12,508 nucleotides of DNA from assembly GCA_019358915.1 (NCBI GenBank), contig JAHHIM010000067.1:1-12508 (forward strand), in the 5' to 3' direction. Both the position numbers and the translations under genes were made by a program. Of this stretch, positions 1 through 8,442 are shown one piece after another. The stretch is from Trichormus sp. ATA11-4-KO1. GTDB lineage: Bacteria; Cyanobacteriota; Cyanobacteriia; Cyanobacteriales; Nostocaceae. The notes under the pieces were generated by a model, which saw only the letters and a program-made list of their open reading frames with translations, had not been told where the DNA came from and did not search any database. Within the stretch, counting starts at the first letter, position 1; each line of letters opens with the position of its first letter.

Positions 1-121
1 GCAAATAATAATGAGTCTGTTTGCAATTAATGTGAGCCAACAATTTTCTTGTTTGCAATTAATGTGAGCCAACAATTTTCTTGTTTGCAAGCCGGAGCGT
101 TTATGTTTGCGAGCCGCAACA
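1..121 (-). mobile_element. Transposon end (Tn7/Tn5053-like, TGT terminus); element body lies left of the window
   Basis: Minus strand reads TGTTGCGGCTCGCAAACATAAACG... from 121. TGTTTGC motifs recur at 18, 50, 82 and 104, resembling arrayed transposase-binding sites. 65-121 is an exact inverted copy of 12290-12346. It abuts a 5'-truncated methyltransferase. Confidence 0.7.
18..90. repeat. 32-bp perfect tandem repeat (about 2.3 copies) inside the transposon end
   Basis: TGTTTGCAATTAATGTGAGCCAACAATTTTCT at 18-49 and 50-81, plus partial TGTTTGCAA at 82-90. Confidence 0.95.
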
Positions 122-1391
122 ATTAGACGCAGTAATTACTGACCCCCCATATTTTGATTCTATTTCTTACGCTAACTTATCTGATTTCTTTTACGTTTGG
201 CTAAAACGCTCAATAGGACATCTTTATCCAGAACATTTTTCGAGTCAACTAACCCCCAAGAAAAACGAAGCCATTATGGAACCTTCCCGACATGGGGGAG
301 ATAAGAAAAAAGCCGCTCAAGCCTATGAAGAAATGATGCACAAAGCATTCTGTGAAGCAAACAGAGTGCTAAAACCAAATGGCATGATGGTTGTAGTTTA
401 TGCCCACAAAACTACATCAGGCTGGTCAACATTAATTGATTCTCTCAGACGGGCAGGCTTTACCATTACCGAAGCATGGCCACTTGATACAGAAATGGGG
501 TCACGGTTACGCGGACAAAATTCAGCCGCCCTTGCTTCTAGTATTTTCCTAGTTTCTCGCAAACGCACCGAAGCCAAAATCGGCGACTATGCAATGGACG
601 TTCGCCCAGAACTCGCAGAAATCGTCCGTGACAGAGTAAAAACCCTGATGGCAGAAGGCGTTACTGGTGCTGATTTAGTCATCGCTTGCATCGGTGCAGG
701 ATTACGCGCCTACACCCAATACAACCGCGTAGAACTCCCCAACGGTGACGAATTAGACGCTAATTCCTTCCTTGACGAAGTACAAAAAGAAGTTTTAGAA
801 GCAGTTTTAACCGACGTGTTACTGTGCGATAAAAAAGGTGTTTCTGCCGTCGATAAACCGACCCAATATTACATTTTAGGACGCTACGAATACGGGGAAG
901 CTATTGTGGAGTTTGACGAAGCTAACACCTTAGCCCGTGGCGTGGGCGTAGAACTTGACGGCGCTGGTGGATTAACAGATGGCAAACTTGCACTGGTAAA
1001 GAAAACTAAAAACCAAGTGCAATTACGAGACTATACAGAACGCGGTGCAGATGCAGATTTAGGCATTCAAAAAATAGAAAAACAACAACAATTTAATGTC
1101 AAACCTCAAGCCCTTGGTACAGCACCCACATTAATAGATATTCTCCATCGCTTGCTGTGGTTACAAGAAAATAAACCCCAAGAAATTGGTAGCTTTCTCA
1201 CATTATCCCAACCAGATGCTACTCAATTGCGTCTCGTCGCCCAAGCTTTAGGAGGACGTGCGTTAACACCAGAAGCAGGTACAACAGATATTGCTAATAG
1301 TAACCGCACAAAAGAACAACAACAAATTGATACCTTGTTGGCTTCTTGGAAACGAATAGTAGAGGATAATTTATTTACACAAAGTAAGTAG
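122..1391 (+). pseudogene. 3' part of a DUF1156-type adenine-specific DNA methyltransferase, interrupted by the transposon end
   Basis: DAVITDPPYFDSISYANLSDFFYVWLKR (DPPY motif IV) directly after the junction, plus YAHK..GW and WPLDTE...ALASSIFLV motifs. No SAM-binding motif I in the window. The first 13 aa of ORF 81..1391 come from the transposon end. Confidence 0.8.
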
Positions 1392-1401
1392 TTTTGTTAG
1401 A

Positions 1402-1610
1402 TTATTGCGTTCACTATTAGCGTTCCTGTTGACGCAGCCGCCTTCTCGTAAAGGTTCCCGCAGGGTAAGGGCTAGAGTAAGGAGTGATAGCGAAGTGCAG
1501 CAACCTCTTGACGACGAGACATCAGGAGATTGCTGAGTCCTTACGGACACGATACACATAGTTTACTTCCCCGTTGCGTTAGCTTCCCGCAGGGTAGGGG
1601 TACGCAATAA
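1402..1610. repeat. Intergenic cluster of small dispersed and palindromic repeats
   Basis: Outer IR TTATTGCGT (1402-1410)/ACGCAATAA (1602-1610); TTCCCGCAGGGTA twice (1455-1467, 1584-1596); hairpin CAGCAACCTCTTGA (1498-1511)/TCAGGAGATTGCTG (1522-1535). Confidence 0.6.
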
Positions 1611-1669
1611 CAGATAAACTTTTAGTCATCATATATAATACAGATGTATTTCTTATTTCCCAATTAATT

Positions 1670-2296
1670 ATGGTACAAACAATCCAAGCGCGGGATATCA
1701 GCCTTTATGAACTAGAAGAAAAATTTGGTTTGCAATTGGTTACAAATGCTGATTTTTTCACAGAATGGACAAATGATTTACCATCCTTGAATGATGCAGA
1801 AAATTTATCCCTCAAACGAGTTAAAAGTAACTATTTAAATTTAACTCAACGTCGTCCAATGTCAGAAGAAGCAGTGAAGATGGTAGTGCTATCTCCACTG
1901 CTAGATTTAGCAGGTTTTTATCAGCCACCTTTTGAAATTGAAACTGAAAAATCTACTGATATTTCTGCTGTAGATGAAAGCATAATAGTCAAAGGTAATA
2001 TTGATGTTTTAGTAATTCAAAAACGTCTTTGGGTACTAGTTATTGAATCTAAAAGCACTAAATTTGATGTCTTAACCGCATTACCTCAAGCACTTGCTTA
2101 TATGCTTGATACCCCCAATATTGAACAACCAACGTTTGGATTACTTGTCAACGGTAGAGAGTTTGTTTTTGTCAAGCTAGTTCAGCAAGAAAAGCCAAAA
2201 TATGCTCGTTCTTATGCGTTATCAATTGAACGAGATGCAGAATTTCAACAGGTACTAAGTGTATTAAAACGCATTGGTCAATTAATTTTGTTGTAG
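1670..2296 (+). CDS. PD-(D/E)XK nuclease-fold protein, HsdR N-terminal-like (208 aa)
   Basis: SEEAVK...GNIDVLVI...VLVIESK...QALAYM...GLLVNGREFVF pattern (E..D..ExK..QxxxY). Confidence 0.75.
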   Translation: MVQTIQARDISLYELEEKFGLQLVTNADFFTEWTNDLPSLNDAENLSLKRVKSNYLNLTQRRPMSEEAVKMVVLSPLLDLAGFYQPPFEIETEKSTDISAVDESIIVKGNIDVLVIQKRLWVLVIESKSTKFDVLTALPQALAYMLDTPNIEQPTFGLLVNGREFVFVKLVQQEKPKYARSYALSIERDAEFQQVLSVLKRIGQLILL

Positions 2297-2403
2297 TCAG
2301 CACCTACAGATAATATGGCTAAAGTGACAAAGGCTAGATGCTGACGGCTACTTGTTTAAGGTGTCAAAATAGAAACAACCTCCACCTTAAAATCTAAAAT
2401 CCC

Positions 2404-5376
2404 ATGAGTAGCGCTTATCAAATAAAACCTTGGACGCAGGTAGTCACTCCTCACGCTGATATCCTAAACGGTAATTTAGATAACGCTACATACGCAGCCA
2501 GCTTAGGTGCGGTCATTCGCCAAGATTCCAAATGTCCAATCGTGTACAGGGATGCGCGTGATTTCTTCGCTGCTACCTACTTGACCACAGCGTTAAAAAA
2601 GCTACTGGAAGACGTACTAAAAGGCTTGCGGGGAGATGCAGGAGACAGGGTATTACAACTCCGCACACCCTTTGGTGGTGGTAAAACCCACTCTCTCATC
2701 AGTCTCTACCACATCACCAAAAACCGCGCTTCATTACAAGGCAACTCTCAATTAGATACTTTACCCGACCCTGGTAACGTGCGGGTTGTTTATTTTATTG
2801 GTCTGGATATTGATGTAAATACAGGTATTTTAGTAGAAGATAACTTAAGAATATTTACACCTTGGGGATATTTAGCATGGCAAATTGGTGGACATGAAGC
2901 CTATTCGCTAGTGCAAAACGCAGACCAACAATACATTGCCCCTGGTAACGATATATTACGTAAAATATTAGGCGACCAAGCCAATTTAATCCTGATAGAC
3001 GAATTGCTAATTTATATTGAAAACGCAATGGCCAAACAGGTTGGAGACTCTACCTTTGGTCGTCAAGTTCTGACTTTTATCCAAAAACTTACAGAAGTTG
3101 TCCGCGAATCTGACAAAACAGTTTTAGTTTATTCCCTACAAGCAAGTGTGGGAGAATCTTTTGGAAATGAAGGCTTATTAAGTGCTTTAGATAAATTAGT
3201 TAGCAGGATTGATGCTAAAAAAGAACCTGTTTCTGGTGATGAAGTCATGCGGGTTGTACAACGGCGTTTATTTAGCAATATTGGCGACACAAATACTATT
3301 CAAGAAATTGCCAAACAACAAGCAGATTTATTCCGCAAGTTCCGCGAAAGTTATGCAGAAACTAGCCGCGAAAAACAGCAAGTACAACAAGAAGCCGATT
3401 TATTAGCAGAAAGAATTTTATCAAGTTATCCTTTTCACCCCGACTTAATCGATTTAATGTATTACCGTTGGGGTAGCCTTCCTAGTTATCAACGGACTCG
3501 TGGTGCTTTGCAATTTTTGGCTTCGGTAACTTACGCATTGTGGCAAACACAAGATAATTCCTGGTTAATTACACCGGGTAATGTTCCTTTTGAAAATGAA
3601 GCTGCGAGAAGTTCCTTCTTTTCCCAAGTCGGCGAAAGAGATGCTTACAGCGCAGTGTTAGGTGCAGACTTAACTGGACGTAAAGCGAAGGTGAAAACAG
3701 TCGATAACCGTATTGCAACTGACGCACCAGCACTAGCACATTTAAAAGTTGGAACCCGCCTAGCTTCTGCTATTTTAATGTATTCTTTTGGAGCAAGAGG
3801 TGGGGAAGACAGAGGGGTTTTAGAACAAGATATTACAGCCGCTTGTTTAGCCCCAGGCTTAGACCGCACCACTATTACTGCTGCTTTAAGTGATCTGCGA
3901 GAACAACTACTTTATTTACATTATGTCGGTCGTCGCTATCGGTTTGAAACCAAACCCAATCTCAACAAATTAATTGCGGATGAAGAAAGCAAAATTGGTA
4001 GTGATGAAGTATTACAAAAAGTCCGCGATGAACTCACCAAAAGTTTAGGAACTCCACCCTTAACTCCTTCCCGAAACGACGAGGGGAATAATAGAGGTAA
4101 AGTTATATTGTGGGCTAAAGATTCAGCAGCAATTACCGATAAAGTACCGCACTTTAGTATCGCTTATCTTGACCCCAGTTGGGCAGAAAAAAGCAAGGAA
4201 TTAATCTTAGCTGATACTTTAGATTGGGTAGAAAATCGCGGTAACGATAAACGGGAATATAAAAATGCCCTAGCCTTTGTAGTTCCCAATAAAGCCCAAA
4301 TGGATAAAGCACGCAAAGGTGCGAGAACTGCGTTAGCAATATCTTCGCTGATTGAGCAAAAGACAAAGTATAAATTCTCCGCAGAAGATTTAGAAGAACT
4401 AAATGGTAAAGCTAAAGATGCAACCAGTGAAATTGGTGCAGCTATTCGCCGTCTTTATGACGATATCTTGTTACCGCTACCCGACACCAACGGTGAAAAC
4501 CCAGTCCGTTTAGAAAGTATTGATTTACAATCCCAACTGAACACCAGTCATAATTTGCAAGAAAGGGTACTAGATGCTCTCAAAAATCACGTTTTTGATT
4601 CAATTACTCCTGCTAAATTAATTCGCTTATCAGGCTTAGAAAATCCAGAAAAAGAATATATCACAGCAGAAGAATTAGTTAGTTATTTCTTCCGCTTTCC
4701 TAATTTTCCCAAAATGTTAGGGGTGGAGGGAATTAAAAAAGCGATTCTCAAAGCTATCGAACAAGGTCTAATAGGTTACGTACCGGCGATGACAATAAGT
4801 AGCAGTACGCCAATAGTCGAAAATCCCAGCTTAATCAGCTTTGAGAAAGTAATTCCTGCTGATGAATTAGACCTTGCTGGTTATCTTTTATCTCCGAGTT
4901 TAGTAAATAAATTGCGTACCATAGCACCTGAAAATGAAGTAGGAACAAATTCAAATGTTAGCACCAGCACAGCCTCAGATGTAGAGTCAGATAATACCAA
5001 TAATACTGACAGCGAAGGTGATACTTCTGGTGGCTTTGATAGCACCACATCAAAACCAGTTGCGAGAGTTGGAGAAGATAAAAAGACCGTTGAATATAAA
5101 TCAGAAACAAGTAGCATCGAACGCACGATTTTAACTGATATTGTTAACGGTAAACAACCTGCACGCTACTACAAATTAACTTCCGTTACCGATAAATCAA
5201 AAATATTTGAAATTTTTCAGATGTTACAGACATTATCAGATAAAGCTGAGGGAATGACTATAAAAATTGAAGTACAAGCGCACACACAAGATAAATTTGA
5301 CCCGACTTGGATACGTAATGCTATTGAAGAACCACTTGATGAAATGGATATTCAAGCATCTACACGTTTGGAGTAA
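2404..5376 (+). CDS. DUF499-family AAA+ ATPase (BREX-related / restriction-like defence system), 990 aa
   Basis: N-terminal KPWxxVVTPHxDI, Walker A TPFGGGKTH, Walker B LILIDE, YPFHP and YQRTRGAL motifs; near the DUF1156-type methylase. Confidence 0.85.
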   Translation: MSSAYQIKPWTQVVTPHADILNGNLDNATYAASLGAVIRQDSKCPIVYRDARDFFAATYLTTALKKLLEDVLKGLRGDAGDRVLQLRTPFGGGKTHSLISLYHITKNRASLQGNSQLDTLPDPGNVRVVYFIGLDIDVNTGILVEDNLRIFTPWGYLAWQIGGHEAYSLVQNADQQYIAPGNDILRKILGDQANLILIDELLIYIENAMAKQVGDSTFGRQVLTFIQKLTEVVRESDKTVLVYSLQASVGESFGNEGLLSALDKLVSRIDAKKEPVSGDEVMRVVQRRLFSNIGDTNTIQEIAKQQADLFRKFRESYAETSREKQQVQQEADLLAERILSSYPFHPDLIDLMYYRWGSLPSYQRTRGALQFLASVTYALWQTQDNSWLITPGNVPFENEAARSSFFSQVGERDAYSAVLGADLTGRKAKVKTVDNRIATDAPALAHLKVGTRLASAILMYSFGARGGEDRGVLEQDITAACLAPGLDRTTITAALSDLREQLLYLHYVGRRYRFETKPNLNKLIADEESKIGSDEVLQKVRDELTKSLGTPPLTPSRNDEGNNRGKVILWAKDSAAITDKVPHFSIAYLDPSWAEKSKELILADTLDWVENRGNDKREYKNALAFVVPNKAQMDKARKGARTALAISSLIEQKTKYKFSAEDLEELNGKAKDATSEIGAAIRRLYDDILLPLPDTNGENPVRLESIDLQSQLNTSHNLQERVLDALKNHVFDSITPAKLIRLSGLENPEKEYITAEELVSYFFRFPNFPKMLGVEGIKKAILKAIEQGLIGYVPAMTISSSTPIVENPSLISFEKVIPADELDLAGYLLSPSLVNKLRTIAPENEVGTNSNVSTSTASDVESDNTNNTDSEGDTSGGFDSTTSKPVARVGEDKKTVEYKSETSSIERTILTDIVNGKQPARYYKLTSVTDKSKIFEIFQMLQTLSDKAEGMTIKIEVQAHTQDKFDPTWIRNAIEEPLDEMDIQASTRLE

Positions 5377-5560
5377 ATTGTTAGTTTGGCACTTACTTGA
5401 TATCAAGTTTGATATATCAACAGGGATTACAATCTTCAAGGAGATATTTCTACTATTTATCCCGTCGTTGGGGTAAAAGTAGCCGTACCAGTAAAAGTTT
5501 AAAATTTCTGGGAACACTAATATCTAATGCACACCCCATATTTTTATGAGTCTACATAAT

Positions 5561-5577
5561 TGGGAGGGGCGGGAGAG
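5561..5577 (+). other. 5' half of a domain VI remnant of a second group II intron (other half at 8328-8349)
   Basis: Joining the intron flanks gives TGGGAGGGGCGGGAGAG|TAATACTCCCCCTCGACCTAAC, which parallels the resident intron's 3' end GAGAGGTGCGGCGGATAATACCGCCCATCGACTCTAC. Confidence 0.6.
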
Positions 5578-5663
5578 GTAGAGTCGATGGGCGGTATTAT
5601 CCGCCGCACCTCTCTGTTCAATCTGGGCGTGCAGGTTTTCCCAGCACCCAGCTTTCGATGTTC

Positions 5664-7172
5664 TTAGCTTTTGCTTTTGCACATATGGAGATAATCATGG
5701 CAGCTTTCGTGAATAGCTAGAAGGTTTTTGGCTTTCCAGTTATCATGGTTTCCATCGATATGATGTAGATGTACCTTCTCTTCACTGAGCATTTTTAATC
5801 CACAGTATCCACACTTATGGTTTTGCCGTTTTAAGGCTTGAGAGGTTTTCCCAAAGTAGAGTGTGCTGTTTCGCTCACTCCAGTAGGTCAGGTCTCCGTC
5901 GAAAGGCGATTTCTCCCCTTTGACATTGACGTGTTTATTTTCGGAGTAAGGAACCGATGGAAACGCTTTATCCAGCAATTTCTTGCTGGATTCACGGTCT
6001 TGATTGGATTCCTTGTTGAACACTTTGAACGCTCTGTATTGGATGTGGTACAGCTTTCGTGATCCGTCCATCTTACAGTAGCGGTGGTAGTTCCTCCAGC
6101 CTCTTACCACAGGTGCTAATTTAAGAGCCTTGGCTGTGGCACCATAATTCGAGTTGTTGACGATGTGTTTTACTTTTTTACGGAATGCTTTGAAGTTGTC
6201 TACTGAGGGGACACTTCTGAATTTCCCGTTGCTCTGCACCTTGAAGTGCCAGCCGAGGAAGTCAAATCCATCTGTCGAGGCGGTCAGCCTAGTTTTCTTT
6301 TCACTTACTTTCATCCCTCGTTGAGCGAGGAACTGGCTAATTCTTTCAAGTATTGTGTCAGCGTTGTCTTCGGGTTTAAGCAGAATTACCATGTCGTCCG
6401 CGTAGCGGACTGATGGATGTATGTCTTCTATCCCGTTGAGCGCGATGTTAGCTAATAAAGGACTCACTACTCCCCCTTGTGGGGTTCCCTGTTCGGGGTA
6501 TTCTGGGTTGACTCCTGCATTAAGGCATCGGAAGATTCCAATTTTGATACTCTTTGGGGCGATGAGTCGTTCCATGATGGCTGAGTGAGAAATTCTGTCG
6601 AAGCACGCTTCAATGTCGAGTTCAATGACTCGCTTTTTTATTCCGTTTGCGTGGGAGTTTAGGTTTATTTGTAGGATTTTTTGTGCGTCTTGCGCTCCTC
6701 GTCCTGGTCTGAAACCGTAGCTCCGAGCATGGAACGTTGCTTCGTGTGCTGGTTCCAATGCGTATTTGGCTAGACATTGCCAAGCCCTATCTGCAATGGT
6801 GGGGACTTTGAGGATTCGGGTTTTCCCTTCCTTTTTGGGGATTGGGATTTTCCGTAGTGATTGATGATACCAGTTATTGGCATTGGTTCTGAGTTTTTCA
6901 TTCAGTTCCAGTCTTTGCTTCATAGTAAGCGATGCCTTACCATCAATTCCTGCTGTCTTTTTGCCAGCGTTTAGCTGTGTTACTTGACGGATTGCCAGTA
7001 ATCTCGCTGAGGTGGATTTCAGTATCAGCCTTTGCAGGGACTGGGCTTTGTGCTTGTCTCCAACTCGAATGGCTTTATATACTCGTTTTTGTAGGCGGAA
7101 GAGGTTTTTGCGGAATTGCTTCCACGGTAAGTTCTTCCAAGATTCACTAGCATTGCTGCTGTGTCCAATCAT
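5664..7172 (-). CDS. ltrA: Group II intron reverse transcriptase/maturase with C-terminal HNH endonuclease (502 aa)
   Basis: GKKTAGIDG, PTIADR, SYGFRPGR, DIEACFD, GTPQGGVVSPLLANI, RYADD, GFDFLG, maturase RGWRNY, CGYCG...HLHHIDGNH...HESCH; GGAGG RBS upstream of the ATG. Confidence 0.93.
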   Translation of the reverse strand: MIGHSSNASESWKNLPWKQFRKNLFRLQKRVYKAIRVGDKHKAQSLQRLILKSTSARLLAIRQVTQLNAGKKTAGIDGKASLTMKQRLELNEKLRTNANNWYHQSLRKIPIPKKEGKTRILKVPTIADRAWQCLAKYALEPAHEATFHARSYGFRPGRGAQDAQKILQINLNSHANGIKKRVIELDIEACFDRISHSAIMERLIAPKSIKIGIFRCLNAGVNPEYPEQGTPQGGVVSPLLANIALNGIEDIHPSVRYADDMVILLKPEDNADTILERISQFLAQRGMKVSEKKTRLTASTDGFDFLGWHFKVQSNGKFRSVPSVDNFKAFRKKVKHIVNNSNYGATAKALKLAPVVRGWRNYHRYCKMDGSRKLYHIQYRAFKVFNKESNQDRESSKKLLDKAFPSVPYSENKHVNVKGEKSPFDGDLTYWSERNSTLYFGKTSQALKRQNHKCGYCGLKMLSEEKVHLHHIDGNHDNWKAKNLLAIHESCHDYLHMCKSKS

Positions 7173-7536
7173 GCTCTACCTCCAAGCAGGTATATTCTGA
7201 ACACCTCTGACCAATTACGGTCAGTCCTACCCGAATTGAGGGAGTTCCGCTACTCGTCCTGCCTACTTGGGGTTCGACCTCCCCTAGACCCTTAATTCGT
7301 TTTTATTCGTTCCCTCGGTGAGATTGTTTCGTTCCGTTAGGCGGAACCATTTCAGCTACTGGATTCCCTGGACTCGTGCCACTATTGTATTAATGATGTG
7401 GCGGGAATAAAGGTCTTGTCTCCAGTAAAGTCGGGGTTTTTTTGTTGCGCCCCGCTTGGGGATAAGCTGCTTTTCTAGGTTCTGTTTCACCATAGGAACT
7501 CGGGAGCAACGCGATTTTGTGAGAATTCTGCGTTCA

Positions 7537-7567
7537 AGGCAGGAGGCAGGAGGCAGGGGGCAGGAGG
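7537..7567 (+). repeat. Heptamer tandem repeat (AGGCAGG)n, left arm of the cassette
   Basis: AGGCAGG x3, GGGCAGG, AGG; complementary to the 8020-8061 arm; followed immediately by TATAAT (7568-7573). Confidence 0.9.
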
Positions 7568-7615
7568 TATAATGATCTAATTTCTCCCAACTTCCTACTT
7601 CAAACTTCTTGCGCT

Positions 7616-8013
7616 ATGAGTTACAGAGAACAATTTATTTGGCAGCGTGGTGTTAAGCTTGCCATTAACTGCTATAGACTTACCGAAAAATTCCCGAAAT
7701 CTGAACTTTACGGATTAACCCAATGAAGGCAGAAGGCAGGGGGTAGAAGGCAGGAGGAAACAACAATTTTTTCAGATATGAAACTTATAATAAGGTCTTA
7801 TTTCAACCTTCTGCCTCCTGCCTTTCAACTCCTGCCTCCGAATATATCCAATTTCTACACATTGCTTTAGGTTCGCTTCGAGAACTTGATACTCAATTGA
7901 TTATTTCTAAGGAAGTCGGATTAGCATCGCCTGAACTATTTACTCCTGTTTTGGAAGAAGTCGATAGGTTTCAAGGAATTTTAGTGTCAAGTATTCAAAA
8001 GATTAAGTCTTAA
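7616..8013 (+). pseudogene. Four-helix-bundle protein (23S rRNA IVP / TIGR02436-like), split into two out-of-frame pieces
   Basis: Not in the ORF track. 7616-7726 = MSYREQFIWQRGVKLAINCYRLTEKFPKSELYGLTQ*; 7840-8013 = EYIQFLHIALGSLRELDTQLIISKEVGLASPELFTPVLEEVDRFQGILVSSIQKIKS*. W..FPxxExYGL and FLxIAxGSxxExxTQL are family hallmarks. Confidence 0.85.
7725..7839. repeat. About 115-bp insert bounded by inverted heptamer arrays, disrupting the four-helix-bundle gene
   Basis: GAAGGCAGAAGGCAGGGGGTAGAAGGCAGGAGG, an AT-rich core, then CCTTCTGCCTCCTGCCTTTCAACTCCTGCCTCC. Confidence 0.8.
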
Positions 8014-8019
8014 AACCCT

Positions 8020-8061
8020 TCTGTCTCTTGCCTCCTGCCTCCTGCCCTCTGCCTCCTGCCT
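8020..8061 (-). repeat. Heptamer tandem repeat (CCTGCCT)n, right arm of the cassette
   Basis: TCTGTCT CTTGCCT CCTGCCT CCTGCCC TCTGCCT CCTGCCT. Confidence 0.9.
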
Positions 8062-8327
8062 CACCTCACAAAATCGCACTGCTCCCAGGAACTCCCTGTT
8101 AGCACCAGTGTCACCCCACAACGGATGTCTGTTTGCGCCCTCTTCCCAGCTTCACTCTCCAGATACCGAGTCTGGTCGGTGTGGGCAGATTAGGAGTCAT
8201 ACCTGAGCCTGGTAGACGGGGCTTTCACCCGCATTCCTCCGAGAGTTCAACCTCTTCTATTGCTAGATTTGGTTGGTGTGGTTATGTACGGACTACTTAC
8301 CATGATTCACCACACAACGAATCGCAC

Positions 8328-8349
8328 TAATACTCCCCCTCGACCTAAC
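8328..8349 (+). other. 3' half of the domain VI remnant used as the intron target
   Basis: TAATACTCCCCCTCGACCTAAC, ending in AC with A at -7. Confidence 0.6.
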
Positions 8350-8442
8350 TGCCACCCTTATTGGATTCTCCTCCTCTTTTTGCAAAATTGGGATGCTCCC
8401 CAGAGAGTGAGCGTCAATCGTGGGTTAAAAAAGCTTTTTTTC

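Larger units (their letters stand above)
7502..8086. mobile_element. Non-autonomous MITE-like element inside intron domain I
   Basis: TIRs GGGAGCAACGCGATTTTGTGAG (7502-7523) and CTCACAAAATCGCACTGCTCCC (8065-8086), 20/22 complementary; 8-bp direct repeat AGGAACTC at 7494-7501 and 8087-8094; no transposase inside. Confidence 0.9.
5578..8327 (-). mobile_element. Group II intron (probably IIB / chloroplast-like class), both boundaries present
   Basis: 5' GTGCGATTCG starting at 8327. Domain V AAGCTGGGTGCTGGGAAAACCTGCACGCCCAGATT at about 5654-5620 (AGC triad). Domain VI ends CGACTCTAC at 5578 with A at -7. EBS1 TAATAC (7392-7387), in the loop of a GCCAC/GTGGC stem, is complementary to IBS1 GTATTA (8333-8328). 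Confidence 0.9.

Noticed and set aside
18..110. CRISPR array
   Set aside because: Units are contiguous and identical, with no unique spacers; they fit a transposon end better.
81..121. True N-terminus of the methylase (and of ORF 12085..12330)
   Set aside because: The shared MFASRSVYVCEPQ is the translated inverted repeat, not a native gene start.
1371..1559. 62-aa minus-strand ORF
   Set aside because: Runs through the palindromic repeat cluster and shows no protein-like signal.
5398..5420. Tandem palindromes TTGATATCAA / TTGATATATCAA as an operator or terminator
   Set aside because: AT-rich and short, with no supporting context.
3209..5517. Short ORFs 3209..3406, 3645..3872, 4154..4366, 4881..5126, 5236..5517 and 5267..5476
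   Set aside because: Shadow frames overlapping the DUF499 gene, with no recognisable motifs.
5664..8013. Diversity-generating retroelement or retron (RT plus Avd-like gene)
   Set aside because: The RT has maturase and HNH domains within complete group II intron boundaries; no TR/VR pair was seen; the bundle gene is broken, antisense and inside a MITE.
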